Assembly: GCA_947598785.1 (NCBI GenBank)
Contig: CANQFL010000001.1
Coordinates: 12,563-76,562 of the forward strand
Origin: an uncultured Clostridia bacterium
GTDB taxonomy: Bacteria; Bacillota; Clostridia; Christensenellales; UBA1242
Direction of reading: 5' to 3'
Length of the DNA stretch: 64,000 nucleotides
A program made the position numbers and the translations under genes. The notes under the pieces are model-generated. The model saw only the letters and a program-made list of their open reading frames with translations, ran no database searches and was not told the origin of the DNA. This document shows, one piece after another, positions 1-9,000 of this stretch; the first letter of the stretch is position 1; every line of letters begins with the position of its first letter.

Positions 1-1922
1 ATCAAGATGAAGCACCAAGTTTATGGTGTGTTGAATGTCAAACTGCTTGTGCACAAAGTGAATTAGAAGACAAAGACATAGAAAGCACTTTCAATTATCT
101 TAAATTTTATATTTCTGGAACAAATGAATATGTTGTTGTTGCTACAACTAGACCTGAAATGTTATGTGGAGTTGTATGTGTATTTGTAAATCCTAATGAC
201 AAAAGAAATGCTAAATTAGTAGGAAAAAAACTTATTGTTCCTTACTTTAATTTTGAAGTTGAAGTTTTAACAGATGAGCTTGTCAGTGTAGATAAGGGGT
301 CTGGTGTAGTTATGTGTTGTACATTTGGTGATAATGTTGATAAAGAATGGCAACGTAAACACAAACTTCCAATCAAAGAATGTTTTACAGCTAATGGAAG
401 AATGACAGAACTTGCTGGAGAATTTGCAGGTCTATCTATTCTTGCTTGTCGAAAAGCTGTGCTAGAAAAACTTAAAGAAAAAGACCTTTTAATTAAACAA
501 GAAAATATTGTTCATAGTGTTTCTACACACGATAAATGTGGAACTCCTATCGAAATTGAGATAAAAAAACAATGGTTTATTGATGTACTTTCACATAAAC
601 AAGAACTATACGATGCAGGTCTTGCTTTAAATTGGCACCCTCAAAATATGAGAGCAAGATATTTGAATTGGGTAGAAAATTTATCTTGGAATTGGTGCAT
701 TAGTCGTCAAAGATATTATGGCGTCCCTTTCCCTGTTTGGTACTGTAAAAATTGTGGAAAGGTTATTTTGGCAGATGAGAAAGATTTACCAGTTGACCCT
801 TTGAAAGATAAACCAACAAAAAAATGCGAATGTGGTTGCGATGAATTTGAACCTGAAACAGATGTAATGGATACTTGGGCAACATCAAGTTTAACTCCTC
901 AGATTGCTGCAGATATGCGAACAGGAAAAGGACTCGATGATACTATGGTTCCATTTGATTTAAGACCAAATGCACACGATAACATCAGAGTTTGGGATTT
1001 TTACACTATTACAAAAAGTTTATACCACTTTAAAAAGTTGCCATGGACAGATTTAATGATTTCTGGTTATATTACATCTTCTGATGGAAGTAAACTTGCA
1101 AAATCAAAAGCAAATAATATAAATTCACCACAAGATATTATTAAAACCTATAGTGCCGATGTAACAAGATATTGGGCAAATAATTTAACTTTAGGAAAAG
1201 ATACAGCTTTTTCTTTGGTTGAATTTGATAATGGAAGAAAATTTGTAAATAAACTTTGGAATGCAAGCAAGTTTGTTTTATCTTTCCTTGAGGACTATAC
1301 TCCTAAAGAAATTAAACTTGAAACAATGGATTTATGGCTTTTGGAAAAATATAAAAATCTTTACCTAAATTTTATTAAATATTTAGATAAGTATGAAATT
1401 AGCTTAGCATTGAATGAAGTTGAAAAATTTTTCTGGGATTTTTGTGATAATTATGTTGAACTTGTTAAGAGAAGATTATACAATCCAGATGTCTTTGGTG
1501 AACGTGAATGTGAAAGTGCGAAATATACTTGTTATTATGTACTTTTAGGAATGCTCAAAATGTTTGCTCCATTTATGCCACATATAACAGAAGAAATTTA
1601 TCAAAGTTATTATGCTCAAAAAGAAAATAAGGCATCAATTCATATATCTGGTTATTTGAATTTAGGAGAAAAATTTGATAAAGAAATTTTATCAAAAGGC
1701 GAAGAGGTGCTTGATATCGTTTCTTGTGTTAGACAATTTAAGTCAGAGAATAAACTATCTTTAAAAACAGAAATTGAAGACATTACAATATCTTCAAAGA
1801 ATTGTGATTTTATTAGGAAAGTAGAGAGTGACCTTAAAGGTGTTGCAGGTGCAAGAAAAATAAATTATAAAGACGGAGAATTTAAGGTTGAAATAGGAAA
1901 AGTTATTGAAGATTTAAATTAA
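1..1922 (+). CDS. valS: valyl-tRNA synthetase, 3' portion (reading frame 3 is open to the window start; the listed ATG at 159 is internal)
   Basis: The frame-3 translation continues upstream of 159 (QDEAPSLWCVECQ...VVATTRPEMLCG). It has the ATTRPE(T)M editing-domain motif, 'KGSGVVMCCTFGDNVDKEW' as in archaeal-type ValRS, 'DVMDTWATSS', and the KMSKS-like 'SKLAKSK'. A strong terminator follows. Confidence 0.85.
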   Translation, partial: QDEAPSLWCVECQTACAQSELEDKDIESTFNYLKFYISGTNEYVVVATTRPEMLCGVVCVFVNPNDKRNAKLVGKKLIVPYFNFEVEVLTDELVSVDKGSGVVMCCTFGDNVDKEWQRKHKLPIKECFTANGRMTELAGEFAGLSILACRKAVLEKLKEKDLLIKQENIVHSVSTHDKCGTPIEIEIKKQWFIDVLSHKQELYDAGLALNWHPQNMRARYLNWVENLSWNWCISRQRYYGVPFPVWYCKNCGKVILADEKDLPVDPLKDKPTKKCECGCDEFEPETDVMDTWATSSLTPQIAADMRTGKGLDDTMVPFDLRPNAHDNIRVWDFYTITKSLYHFKKLPWTDLMISGYITSSDGSKLAKSKANNINSPQDIIKTYSADVTRYWANNLTLGKDTAFSLVEFDNGRKFVNKLWNASKFVLSFLEDYTPKEIKLETMDLWLLEKYKNLYLNFIKYLDKYEISLALNEVEKFFWDFCDNYVELVKRRLYNPDVFGERECESAKYTCYYVLLGMLKMFAPFMPHITEEIYQSYYAQKENKASIHISGYLNLGEKFDKEILSKGEEVLDIVSCVRQFKSENKLSLKTEIEDITISSKNCDFIRKVESDLKGVAGARKINYKDGEFKVEIGKVIEDLN

Positions 1923-1952
1923 AAAAACTCACGAAAGTGAGTTTTTATTTTT
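1923..1952 (+). terminator. Rho-independent terminator of valS
   Basis: AAAAACTCAC (1923-1932), GAAA loop, GTGAGTTTTT (1937-1946), followed by a T-rich run. Confidence 0.8.
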
Positions 1953-2066
1953 TATCATTAAAAGGAGATTTTTGTTTATAATTCATATAAATTTCATTTT
2001 TAGGTGTTTATTTACTTTATTTGGCAAAAAATAAAGGTTTTTTAAATTGTTTTATAATAATATTCT

Positions 2067-2095
2067 TTGACTTTTTGTCTTTTTTTTGTTATTAT
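2067..2095 (+). promoter_or_regulatory. sigma-A-type promoter of the SPFH/ESCRT-III/Vps4-like operon
   Basis: TTGACT (2067-2072), 17-nt spacer, extended -10 TGtTATTAT (TG at 2087-2088, TATTAT at 2090-2095). Lies after the valS terminator and 24 nt before ATG 2119. Confidence 0.55.
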
Positions 2096-2118
2096 TTTAG
2101 TGGAGAATAATAGCCTTT

Positions 2119-2943
2119 ATGGAACAAAATGTAATTAAATTTAATGGTAGCAATGATAAATTATTGACGCGCTATGTGCTTGAAACATTAAATCCTAAAA
2201 TGACATTAATTGTACCTGAGACACATAATGCCATATTGATTAAAGACGGACAAATGCTTCAAACCCTTTCTTCTGGAAAGTATATGCTCAGTAATTTTAT
2301 TGATTTTAAAACAGAAATTGATAGCGCTATAGAAATCCTTTTTATGTCTAAAACTGCCAAATTAAAACTTTTGTGGGGAACTGCTTCTAAGCTTCTTATG
2401 TACGATGAAACCATACAAGAAAATTATAAACTTGGGCTTTCGGGTGATTTTGAAGTACAAGTTGGTGACCCTAGAAAATGTTACCTTTATCTTGTTGGAG
2501 TTGCTGAAGATTTAACTTCTATAGCATTACAAGATAGGCTGATGTCAAATGTAGTGTCTGTTGTTGAAACTGTAATTGTGGATTATGTTAAAACAAATAA
2601 AATTCCATTTAATCAAATTGCAGTTAATAAAAAAGAAATGTCACAAAAAGTATTAACATCTCTTTCACACAAATTAATGAGTGAATACGGAATTGCTGTT
2701 TTTTCTTTTAATATAGCAAATATTATTATTGATGATGAAGATTTAGCAAGATTGGGAAATTCATATAGGGCAAAGACTGAAAAACAAAAAGTTTGTAAAG
2801 GGTGTGGAAAACCTCTTTCAGAAAATGCTAAATTTTGTGCTTATTGTGGAAAAAGTGTTAACGAAGAAAAAATTTGTCCTAAATGTGGAAAAGAAAATCA
2901 ACAAAATTCTTTGTTCTGCTGTAATTGTGGTGAAAAACTTTAA
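2119..2943 (+). CDS. YdjI-type SPFH (Band_7_1-like) protein with a C-terminal double zinc ribbon
   Basis: The N-terminal ~220 aa follow the YdjI/'virion core protein-like' SPFH pattern ('LIVPETHNAILIKDGQ...SGKYML', 'EILFMSKTAKLKLLWGT', 'GDFEVQVGDPRK', 'YGIAVFSFNIANI'). The C-terminus has two CxxC-x10-CxxC ribbons (CKGC...CAYC and CPKC...CCNC, nt 2794-2940). Confidence 0.7.
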   Translation: MEQNVIKFNGSNDKLLTRYVLETLNPKMTLIVPETHNAILIKDGQMLQTLSSGKYMLSNFIDFKTEIDSAIEILFMSKTAKLKLLWGTASKLLMYDETIQENYKLGLSGDFEVQVGDPRKCYLYLVGVAEDLTSIALQDRLMSNVVSVVETVIVDYVKTNKIPFNQIAVNKKEMSQKVLTSLSHKLMSEYGIAVFSFNIANIIIDDEDLARLGNSYRAKTEKQKVCKGCGKPLSENAKFCAYCGKSVNEEKICPKCGKENQQNSLFCCNCGEKL

Positions 2944-2954
2944 GGAGGTAAAAT

Positions 2955-3362
2955 ATGATTGCACTTTATATTATAGTTATTTTAGCAATTATAGGTTTTG
3001 CAGTTTTTTATATTGTTAAGGAATATGTTAAAAAACCTAATGATGAGGCTAAGGGTGGAAGTAGAGGGATTTTAAAGAATAAAAAATCTATCGAAAACAT
3101 GGTTTCTAATGTTGAAAGCATTATTGTTTATGCAAATGGTAATGATGTACTTTGCCGAAGACTTGTTGAGGTTAAAGATAACATAAGATTTTTTAATCCA
3201 ACAACAAATGATAAAGTTTTAATCATTGACAGCAAAATTGCCAATAAACTTGATGACCTAAAAATTATGGTTGCAAAAGACAACACTCAGGAAACTTGTT
3301 TTAGACTTTTGGAAGAAGTTGAGGCTTACATAGTTCAAAGAAAGAAGGAAGAACAAAACTGA
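2955..3362 (+). CDS. small bitopic membrane protein (N-terminal TM helix plus ~105-aa soluble domain), unknown family
   Basis: RBS AAGGAGG lies 5 nt upstream. TM helix 'IALYIIVILAIIGFAVFYIV'. Its TGA stop overlaps the next ATG (TGATG at 3360-3364). Confidence 0.6.
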   Translation: MIALYIIVILAIIGFAVFYIVKEYVKKPNDEAKGGSRGILKNKKSIENMVSNVESIIVYANGNDVLCRRLVEVKDNIRFFNPTTNDKVLIIDSKIANKLDDLKIMVAKDNTQETCFRLLEEVEAYIVQRKKEEQN

Positions 3363-3721
3363 TGAAAAGAACTTATCAAATTTCTTCTAATCTTGATAAA
3401 CAAATTAGCGAGAAGGCTCAGAGAGAATTAAATTTAGGTTATTTGAATTTAAGTGATGAATGTTTTGAACAGGCAAAAATGAATTTTTTACTTACTCTTC
3501 AATATGATAACAAGTGTGCAGATGCCTATTGGGGGTTAATGTTAGTTAAATTTTCATTATCAAATGAAGATGAATTGTTCTCTAATCCTATCAAGTATAA
3601 AAGTGCAATACACTTGCCAGAATGTGAACAAGCTCTTAATAATGCTGACGAAGGTTTAAAAAATAAATATATGAGTTTACTTGAACGCATTTATAAGATA
3701 AATGAGGGAGATAATTATTAA
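3362..3721 (+). CDS. small helical TPR-like protein
   Basis: Start overlaps the upstream stop. The 'ADAYWGLMLVKFSLSNEDEL' helical-repeat motif recurs in the 1,260-aa protein of the same operon ('FEAYFGKSLA', 'AELYWILLKIKAHCISDSE'). Confidence 0.5.
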   Translation: MKRTYQISSNLDKQISEKAQRELNLGYLNLSDECFEQAKMNFLLTLQYDNKCADAYWGLMLVKFSLSNEDELFSNPIKYKSAIHLPECEQALNNADEGLKNKYMSLLERIYKINEGDNY

Positions 3722-3735
3722 AAAGGAGAAAATAA

Positions 3736-4341
3736 ATGTGGTTATTTAGTAGGAATAAATTTAAAAATCTTAAAAGGGAAGACTTAGTCAATTCTATTTG
3801 TGAGCTTGAAAGACAAGAACGTACTGTTGAAGCTGAGGTCCTTCAAAAAATAAAAGAAATAGATGCGTTACTTGAAAAAGGCAAGAAAGAAAAAAATAGA
3901 GAATTACAACTTTTTTATGCGAAAAAGATATCAAATATAAATGAAGAGAAAAAAGTTTGTATGGAACGAGGAATGTATCTCCTTTATAATATTCGATTAA
4001 TGAATAGATTAAAAGATGCTTATGACAGTAATAATTTTTTTAAAACTCAAACAAAAGTACCTCTTTCTGAATTGTTACAAGACCAAAAAAGATTGGCAAA
4101 GTTTTTAAATAAAGCCCTTGTAACAAGAACTGCTTCTGAAGATGTTTTAACAAGTGCAGATGAACTTTTTACAGAAGTACAAGCAGCGTATGATGTAAAT
4201 GATACAATTTATGGCGTTGGAAAATCAGAAGAAGATATATTAACAATGTTTGAACAGGAAGCAGCATTAAGTGAAGAAAAAGACCTTGCTGAAGAAAAGC
4301 AAGAGCCTATAAAAAAGAAAAAAATGAAAATGGAGGAATAA
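3736..4341 (+). CDS. ESCRT-III superfamily protein, Snf7/CHMP4-like (201 aa)
   Basis: RBS AAAGGAG upstream. N-terminus 'MWLFSRNKFK' resembles the Snf7 'MWSSLFGW' type. The helical-hairpin core 'LLEKGKKEKNRELQLFYAKKISNINEEKKVCMERGMYLLYNIRLMNRLKDA' resembles Snf7 'FLTKGNKVMAKNALKKKKTIEQLLSKVEGT...'. The C-terminal region is acidic ('EEDILTMFEQEAALSEEKDLAEE'). Confidence 0.6.
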   Translation: MWLFSRNKFKNLKREDLVNSICELERQERTVEAEVLQKIKEIDALLEKGKKEKNRELQLFYAKKISNINEEKKVCMERGMYLLYNIRLMNRLKDAYDSNNFFKTQTKVPLSELLQDQKRLAKFLNKALVTRTASEDVLTSADELFTEVQAAYDVNDTIYGVGKSEEDILTMFEQEAALSEEKDLAEEKQEPIKKKKMKMEE

Positions 4342-4345
4342 AAAT

Positions 4346-4942
4346 ATGGCACTTTTTAAATCAAAACAACAAAAAGAAATTGAAAAAAAGATGTTAATTA
4401 AAAGAACAATTAACACAATGAACAAGCAAATCAACAAATTAGAAGAACAAAAAAGAGTATTTGTCGAAGCAGCTAAAAAAGCTAAACAAAAAGATTTGGA
4501 AGCACAATATAACTTGGCATTATCAGGTTATAAAATGACAGTTCAACAACAAAAAAGAGCACAAGAAATGTTGTTAAATTTTGAAATTACAGCACAAATG
4601 AAAGATGTTACAATGATGACTTCTGAATTTTTGAAAGGTATGAGTGATATTTCAAAAGAGATGTCAAAACTTGCTGATGCAAAAGAATTTGCAAAAATTC
4701 AAGCTCAATTTGAACAAGCTATGGTTGCTGTTGAAACTCAAACTGACCAAATGGATAATTTTATGGAAATGAGCCAAGAAACATTTTACAATGCAGGTAA
4801 AGACAAGAGTGGAAAAGAAATGAGTGATGAAGATTTTGAAAAATTCATAATGGAACAAGCAAGCCAAGATGAACTTTCAACTGAAAATATAGATAAAGAA
4901 ATGGAAGCACTACGTAAAAAAATTGAGGATTCTGATAAATAG
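4346..4942 (+). CDS. ESCRT-III superfamily protein, CHMP2/3 (Vps2/Vps24)-like (198 aa)
   Basis: N-terminus 'MALFKSKQQKE' (cf. CHMP3 'MGLFGKTQEKP'). 'VEAAKKAKQKD' (cf. CHMP3 'VKDAAKKGQKD'). 'FAKIQAQFEQAMVAVETQTDQMDNFME' (cf. 'IQATMRELSKEMMKAGIIEEMLEDTFE'). Acidic linker and terminal amphipathic helix 'DKEMEALRKKIEDS' (MIM-like). RBS GGAGG 7 nt upstream. Confidence 0.7.
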   Translation: MALFKSKQQKEIEKKMLIKRTINTMNKQINKLEEQKRVFVEAAKKAKQKDLEAQYNLALSGYKMTVQQQKRAQEMLLNFEITAQMKDVTMMTSEFLKGMSDISKEMSKLADAKEFAKIQAQFEQAMVAVETQTDQMDNFMEMSQETFYNAGKDKSGKEMSDEDFEKFIMEQASQDELSTENIDKEMEALRKKIEDSDK

Positions 4943-4950
4943 GAGTTCAG

Positions 4951-6090
4951 ATGGAAGAGAATATAAATGTGCTTTCTGACACTTTTGAACTTTATATGAA
5001 AAAAGGTCGAGAAGCTAAAGAAAAAGGCAATATTGCGCTTGCAAAACGTAATTTTTTGCTTGCAAGTGAAACAATGATGAAAATTGCAAAACAGAGTCAA
5101 GGCAAATTGAAAGAAGCTAGAATGGAAAGGGCAAGAAGACTTATTGAACTTTCTGACAATATCAATAAAAGACCTCAAGTTTCATCAGTTAAGAAAGATA
5201 ACAATTCTAATACAGAAGAAGATGAAGACTTAAAGAAATGGGAAAGTGCCAAAATACCTGATATCAAATTTAGTGATGTTGCTGGTCTTGAAGATGTTAA
5301 AAAAGCTATTACAATAAAAATGATTAATCCTGTTAAATATCCTGAAAAATACAAATTGTATGGCAAAAAAACAGGAGGAGGAGTTTTGCTTTATGGCCCT
5401 CCAGGTACAGGTAAAACAATGATTGCAAAAGCGATAGCAAACGAAGTTGGTGCAAAATTTTATGCAGTAAAAGGCTCTGATATTGTCAGTAAATGGGTTG
5501 GAGATAGTGAAAAAAACATAAATTCATTATTTCAAGCTGCAAACAAACAAGATAGAGCAATAATTTTTATTGATGAAATGGATAGTTTGATTGGGCGTCG
5601 TGGAGTTGATACTCATAATGATAAACGTGTAAATGAATTTTTACAACAAATTGACGGTTTTGCTGGTAAAAATCCAAACTTACTTCTTTTAGGTGCGACA
5701 AATAGACCTTGGGATATTGACAGCGCAGCAATGCGTTCAGGAAGATTTTCGCAAAAAATATATTTACCTTTACCAGATGCTGATGCAAGACGATTTATGC
5801 TCGAGAAAAACATGAAAGGAGTTCCTGTTGTAAAAGATTTCAATATTGAAAAAATTGTTAAGCAAACTGAAGGATATAGTGGAGCTGATATTGAAGAACT
5901 TTGTGATAGGGCTAAAGATGAACCACTTTTACAATCTATTGCGACAGATAAAATTGTGCTTGTTTCTAATGATGACTTTGATAGGGTGTTAAAAATATTC
6001 CCACCAAGTGTAACACAAAAAGAAATACAAGCTTTTGAAAATTATAATGCAGAATTAGGAAGTATGATAAAGAATAAAAATAAAAAATAA
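4951..6090 (+). CDS. Vps4/CdvC-like AAA+ ATPase with an N-terminal MIT-like domain (379 aa)
   Basis: MIT-like three-helix segment at res ~8-72 ('KKGREAKEKGNIALAKRNFLLASETMMKIAKQ...RARRLIELSDNI'). Walker A GPPGTGKT (nt 5395-5418) and Walker B 'IIFIDEMD'. Meiotic-clade pore loop 'SKWVGDSEKNINSLF' (Vps4: 'SKWLGESEKLVKNLF'). 'ATNRPWDIDSAAMRSGRFSQKIYLPLPD'. C-terminal 'DDFDRVLKIFPPSV...AFENYNAELG' resembles the Vps4 C-terminal helix. There is no protease domain, so it is not FtsH. Confidence 0.8.
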   Translation: MEENINVLSDTFELYMKKGREAKEKGNIALAKRNFLLASETMMKIAKQSQGKLKEARMERARRLIELSDNINKRPQVSSVKKDNNSNTEEDEDLKKWESAKIPDIKFSDVAGLEDVKKAITIKMINPVKYPEKYKLYGKKTGGGVLLYGPPGTGKTMIAKAIANEVGAKFYAVKGSDIVSKWVGDSEKNINSLFQAANKQDRAIIFIDEMDSLIGRRGVDTHNDKRVNEFLQQIDGFAGKNPNLLLLGATNRPWDIDSAAMRSGRFSQKIYLPLPDADARRFMLEKNMKGVPVVKDFNIEKIVKQTEGYSGADIEELCDRAKDEPLLQSIATDKIVLVSNDDFDRVLKIFPPSVTQKEIQAFENYNAELGSMIKNKNKK

Positions 6091-6098
6091 GGATTTGT

Positions 6099-9000
6099 AT
6101 GAGAGAGCGTGTTTGTAGTAATTGTGGAGGTAAAAAATATAGGGTAGTTGGGCAGAACATGGTAAAATGTGAGTTCTGTGGTACTCTCTATGTAGATGAA
6201 CACGCATCAAAAGAAGAAGAAGTTTTAGTTGTTGGTGCAAATGATATTTTGCGTGCAACTAGGTTTGAAGAAGCAGTTGAAGAATTTGATAGGATAATTT
6301 CTCTTTATCCTATGTCTTTTGAAGCTTATTTTGGTAAATCTCTTGCAACTAATAAAATAATTTTATATAACAATAAAAAGGGGACAAATCGTTTCCCTCG
6401 TTTTTTTGGAGAATCTATTAATTCAATACTAGATGATGAAAATTATAAAAAAGCGATACAACTTGCACCTGAAGATACAATAAAAACATACACAGAACAA
6501 GCTAAAAGAATAGAAAAATGTTATAAAAGTTATGAAGATGTTTGTAAAAATGAAAATTATGATATAATTTTTTGCACAATTACTGAAAATATTGAAGAAG
6601 ATTTACATACAGAAATAAATGAACTATTACAAAAAAACAACTCAGTTTATGCTTTACCAGACAAAAATCACAAAGAGTTAGAGCCAAGAATTTTTAGGGC
6701 ACTTTTAACTTGTAAAGTTTTTGTTTTGTTTGTGAGTGGAAAAAATTTTTCTGATTTTAAACATTTGTATGATAGATATAATTATTTCATTAATTTACAT
6801 AAAAAAACAAAAAGCAGTGTTATTATTATTTTAGATGATGGTTTTACAACAAAAGATTTACCAAAAGATTTGGCTAAGTTTAAAAATGTTCTTGAATATA
6901 AAAGTGATACATTTTTAGAAGACTTAGATAAGACTGTAAATGAAGAAATTTCAAAATCAATAAAAGAAGTTGCCAAGATTGATGTAGTTAAGTTAAATAA
7001 AGAAAAACCACAAAAAAAAGAATATGTAAACTTAGAAAGTGTTGACCCTACTGATTTGGGACATTACAAAGTTGAAAATATATCTTTAAGTGATGAAAAT
7101 AAGATAAAGTGGATTTATTTATTAATAAAAAATGGAGATTTTACTACTGCAGAAAATCTTTTAAAAACAGAATTAGAAAAAGATGAATATAACAGTGAAC
7201 TTTTGTTCGCTGATTTATTAATTTCTAAAAATATTAAAACAGAAGAAGAATTTTGTGCAAATATTGCAAATTACAAAGATAAAACAAGAATAGATAGAAT
7301 TTTGAGATATGCTTCTAAAGATTTTGCCGAAAAATTTGTTGATAATTGGGAAAATTTAATTATTAATCTCAATATGGAAGAATATTATGAGGAATATACT
7401 CTTTATTTGGCACAATATAATACTCCAAACAGAGAAAATTTTATTAAACACGCTGAATTAATGGCTATAGAAACCATGGACGAAGAATTGATTGATATTG
7501 TTCAGAAATGTTTTAATAAAAATGATGTTGATAGGTTTATTAATTTCTATTATGCTCTTGCTCAAAAGAGTGATAATCAAAAATATTATGACAAAATTTT
7601 AGAATTAGACCAAGGGCATGAACAAAGCAATTTATCTATGTTAATCCAACATTTTAAAAGCCCTAATGATATTTTAACTTACAGAAATAAAGAAGAACTT
7701 GAAAATACATTCAAATACTTAAATGATGATGCAAGAGCAAATTTTGTCAATCAAATAGTTGATATGGTTTTGCCTGTTTCTTTTATGGATTTAGAAGCTG
7801 CTGAAAATCAACTTGATTTTTATTTGGCATATGTTGCAGATGAAACTAGATTAGCAGATTTAGCAAAAAAAATAGCAATAAAATTTCAGGAAATGAAATT
7901 TTTTAAACAAGCAGAAAAATATATTTCTATTGCACTTTCTAAAAATAAAGATAATGCAGAATTATATTGGATTTTGCTTAAAATTAAGGCACATTGCATT
8001 TCTGATAGTGAAGTTGTATCTTCATCAGTTGATTTTTCTAAAATGCCAGAATGGGAAACTTTAATTTCTTTGGCAAAAGAAGGGCAAATTGAAAAATTTG
8101 CTGAAGTTTTAAGCAAGAATAATTTATATAAAGGTGAAAGAACTGCTTTTGCACCTGATTTTTTAGACCAAAAATCTTCAGTTCAAAAAATCAAAGAATT
8201 TTTAGAAAGAAATGAAAAGATTTTGAATGAAATGGAAAAAGAAAACCCTAAAGATACTTTGATGGGTGTAAATTATTATCGCTTACAACTTAAACCATTT
8301 GAAAAAAGCATTGAAAAACTTTCAAATAGTAAAAATTATGAAGAGTTTAAGACTGCTATTCAAAATGTCTATGACAGATTGAAATCATTAGATTTAACTC
8401 TTGATACATCTATTAATGTCACTACTTTGATGTCTAGAAATGACGGGTTAAAAGGCGTTCAAGCTTCAAATGATTTAGAAAAGAAACAATATGATAAACA
8501 AATTAAAAATATCAAAAATGATAAATTTTTAAGAAGATTTTTATGTGGATTCTTGGAATTTTTCCCTAGTTTATTCATAACGCTTTTGTTATTTCTAGTT
8601 ATTATTCTTCCAAAAGAAGTTTATTTATATTTCAATCAAAATTTTATTATTGGAGCAATGATTGTTTCAGTTTTTCTTGGAATTGCCAATGCAATATTTT
8701 ATTTTCTAAAAAAGAAGAAAATAAATATCAAATGGAAGATAGCTAATTTATCTTTATTCGGTATAGGTATTATAAATTTAGTTTTATTTGCGTATGGGTT
8801 TTATTTCGCACCAATGTCAATTTCAATTTTAACAGGAAATGAACTTCAATTATTTATGAATAATGCTTATTATTCAAATATGGTTCTTGAAGATGATATT
8901 GATTTTACGAATGGGAATATATCAAATATAACTTTCCATGGAACTTTAGATGGAAATGGGCATAAAATTACAAACATTTCTATGGCTAAAGGTGGATTTA

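Noticed and set aside
1972-2034. Possible 20-aa hydrophobic micro-ORF (TTG start, AAGGAG 4 nt upstream; MFIIHINFIFRCLFTLFGKK) between the valS terminator and the operon promoter
   Set aside because: It lies between a terminator and the next promoter with no promoter of its own. The SD spacing is too short, the start is TTG, and conservation cannot be assessed.
2804-3019. 71-aa plus-strand ORF overlapping the zinc-ribbon region and the next gene
   Set aside because: It is an alternative frame of two well-supported, SD-preceded genes, and its translation has no features of its own.
4664-6258. Cluster of 60-130-aa minus-strand ORFs (4664-4867, 4786-5178, 5175-5366, 5567-5788, 5613-5843, 5966-6160, 6055-6258) opposite the ESCRT-III-like and Vps4-like genes
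   Set aside because: They lie antisense to genes with strong family signatures. Their translations are low-complexity (F/S/L/K-rich), which is typical of shadow ORFs in AT-rich DNA. None has an SD or promoter.
6555-6960. Calling the whole operon an anti-phage defence system on the strength of the TIR-like segment
   Set aside because: The TIR-like assignment is itself only a pattern match, and the catalytic Glu is not evident. There are no neighbouring defence genes or mobile-element context. It is kept as a hypothesis in the findings, not as a call.
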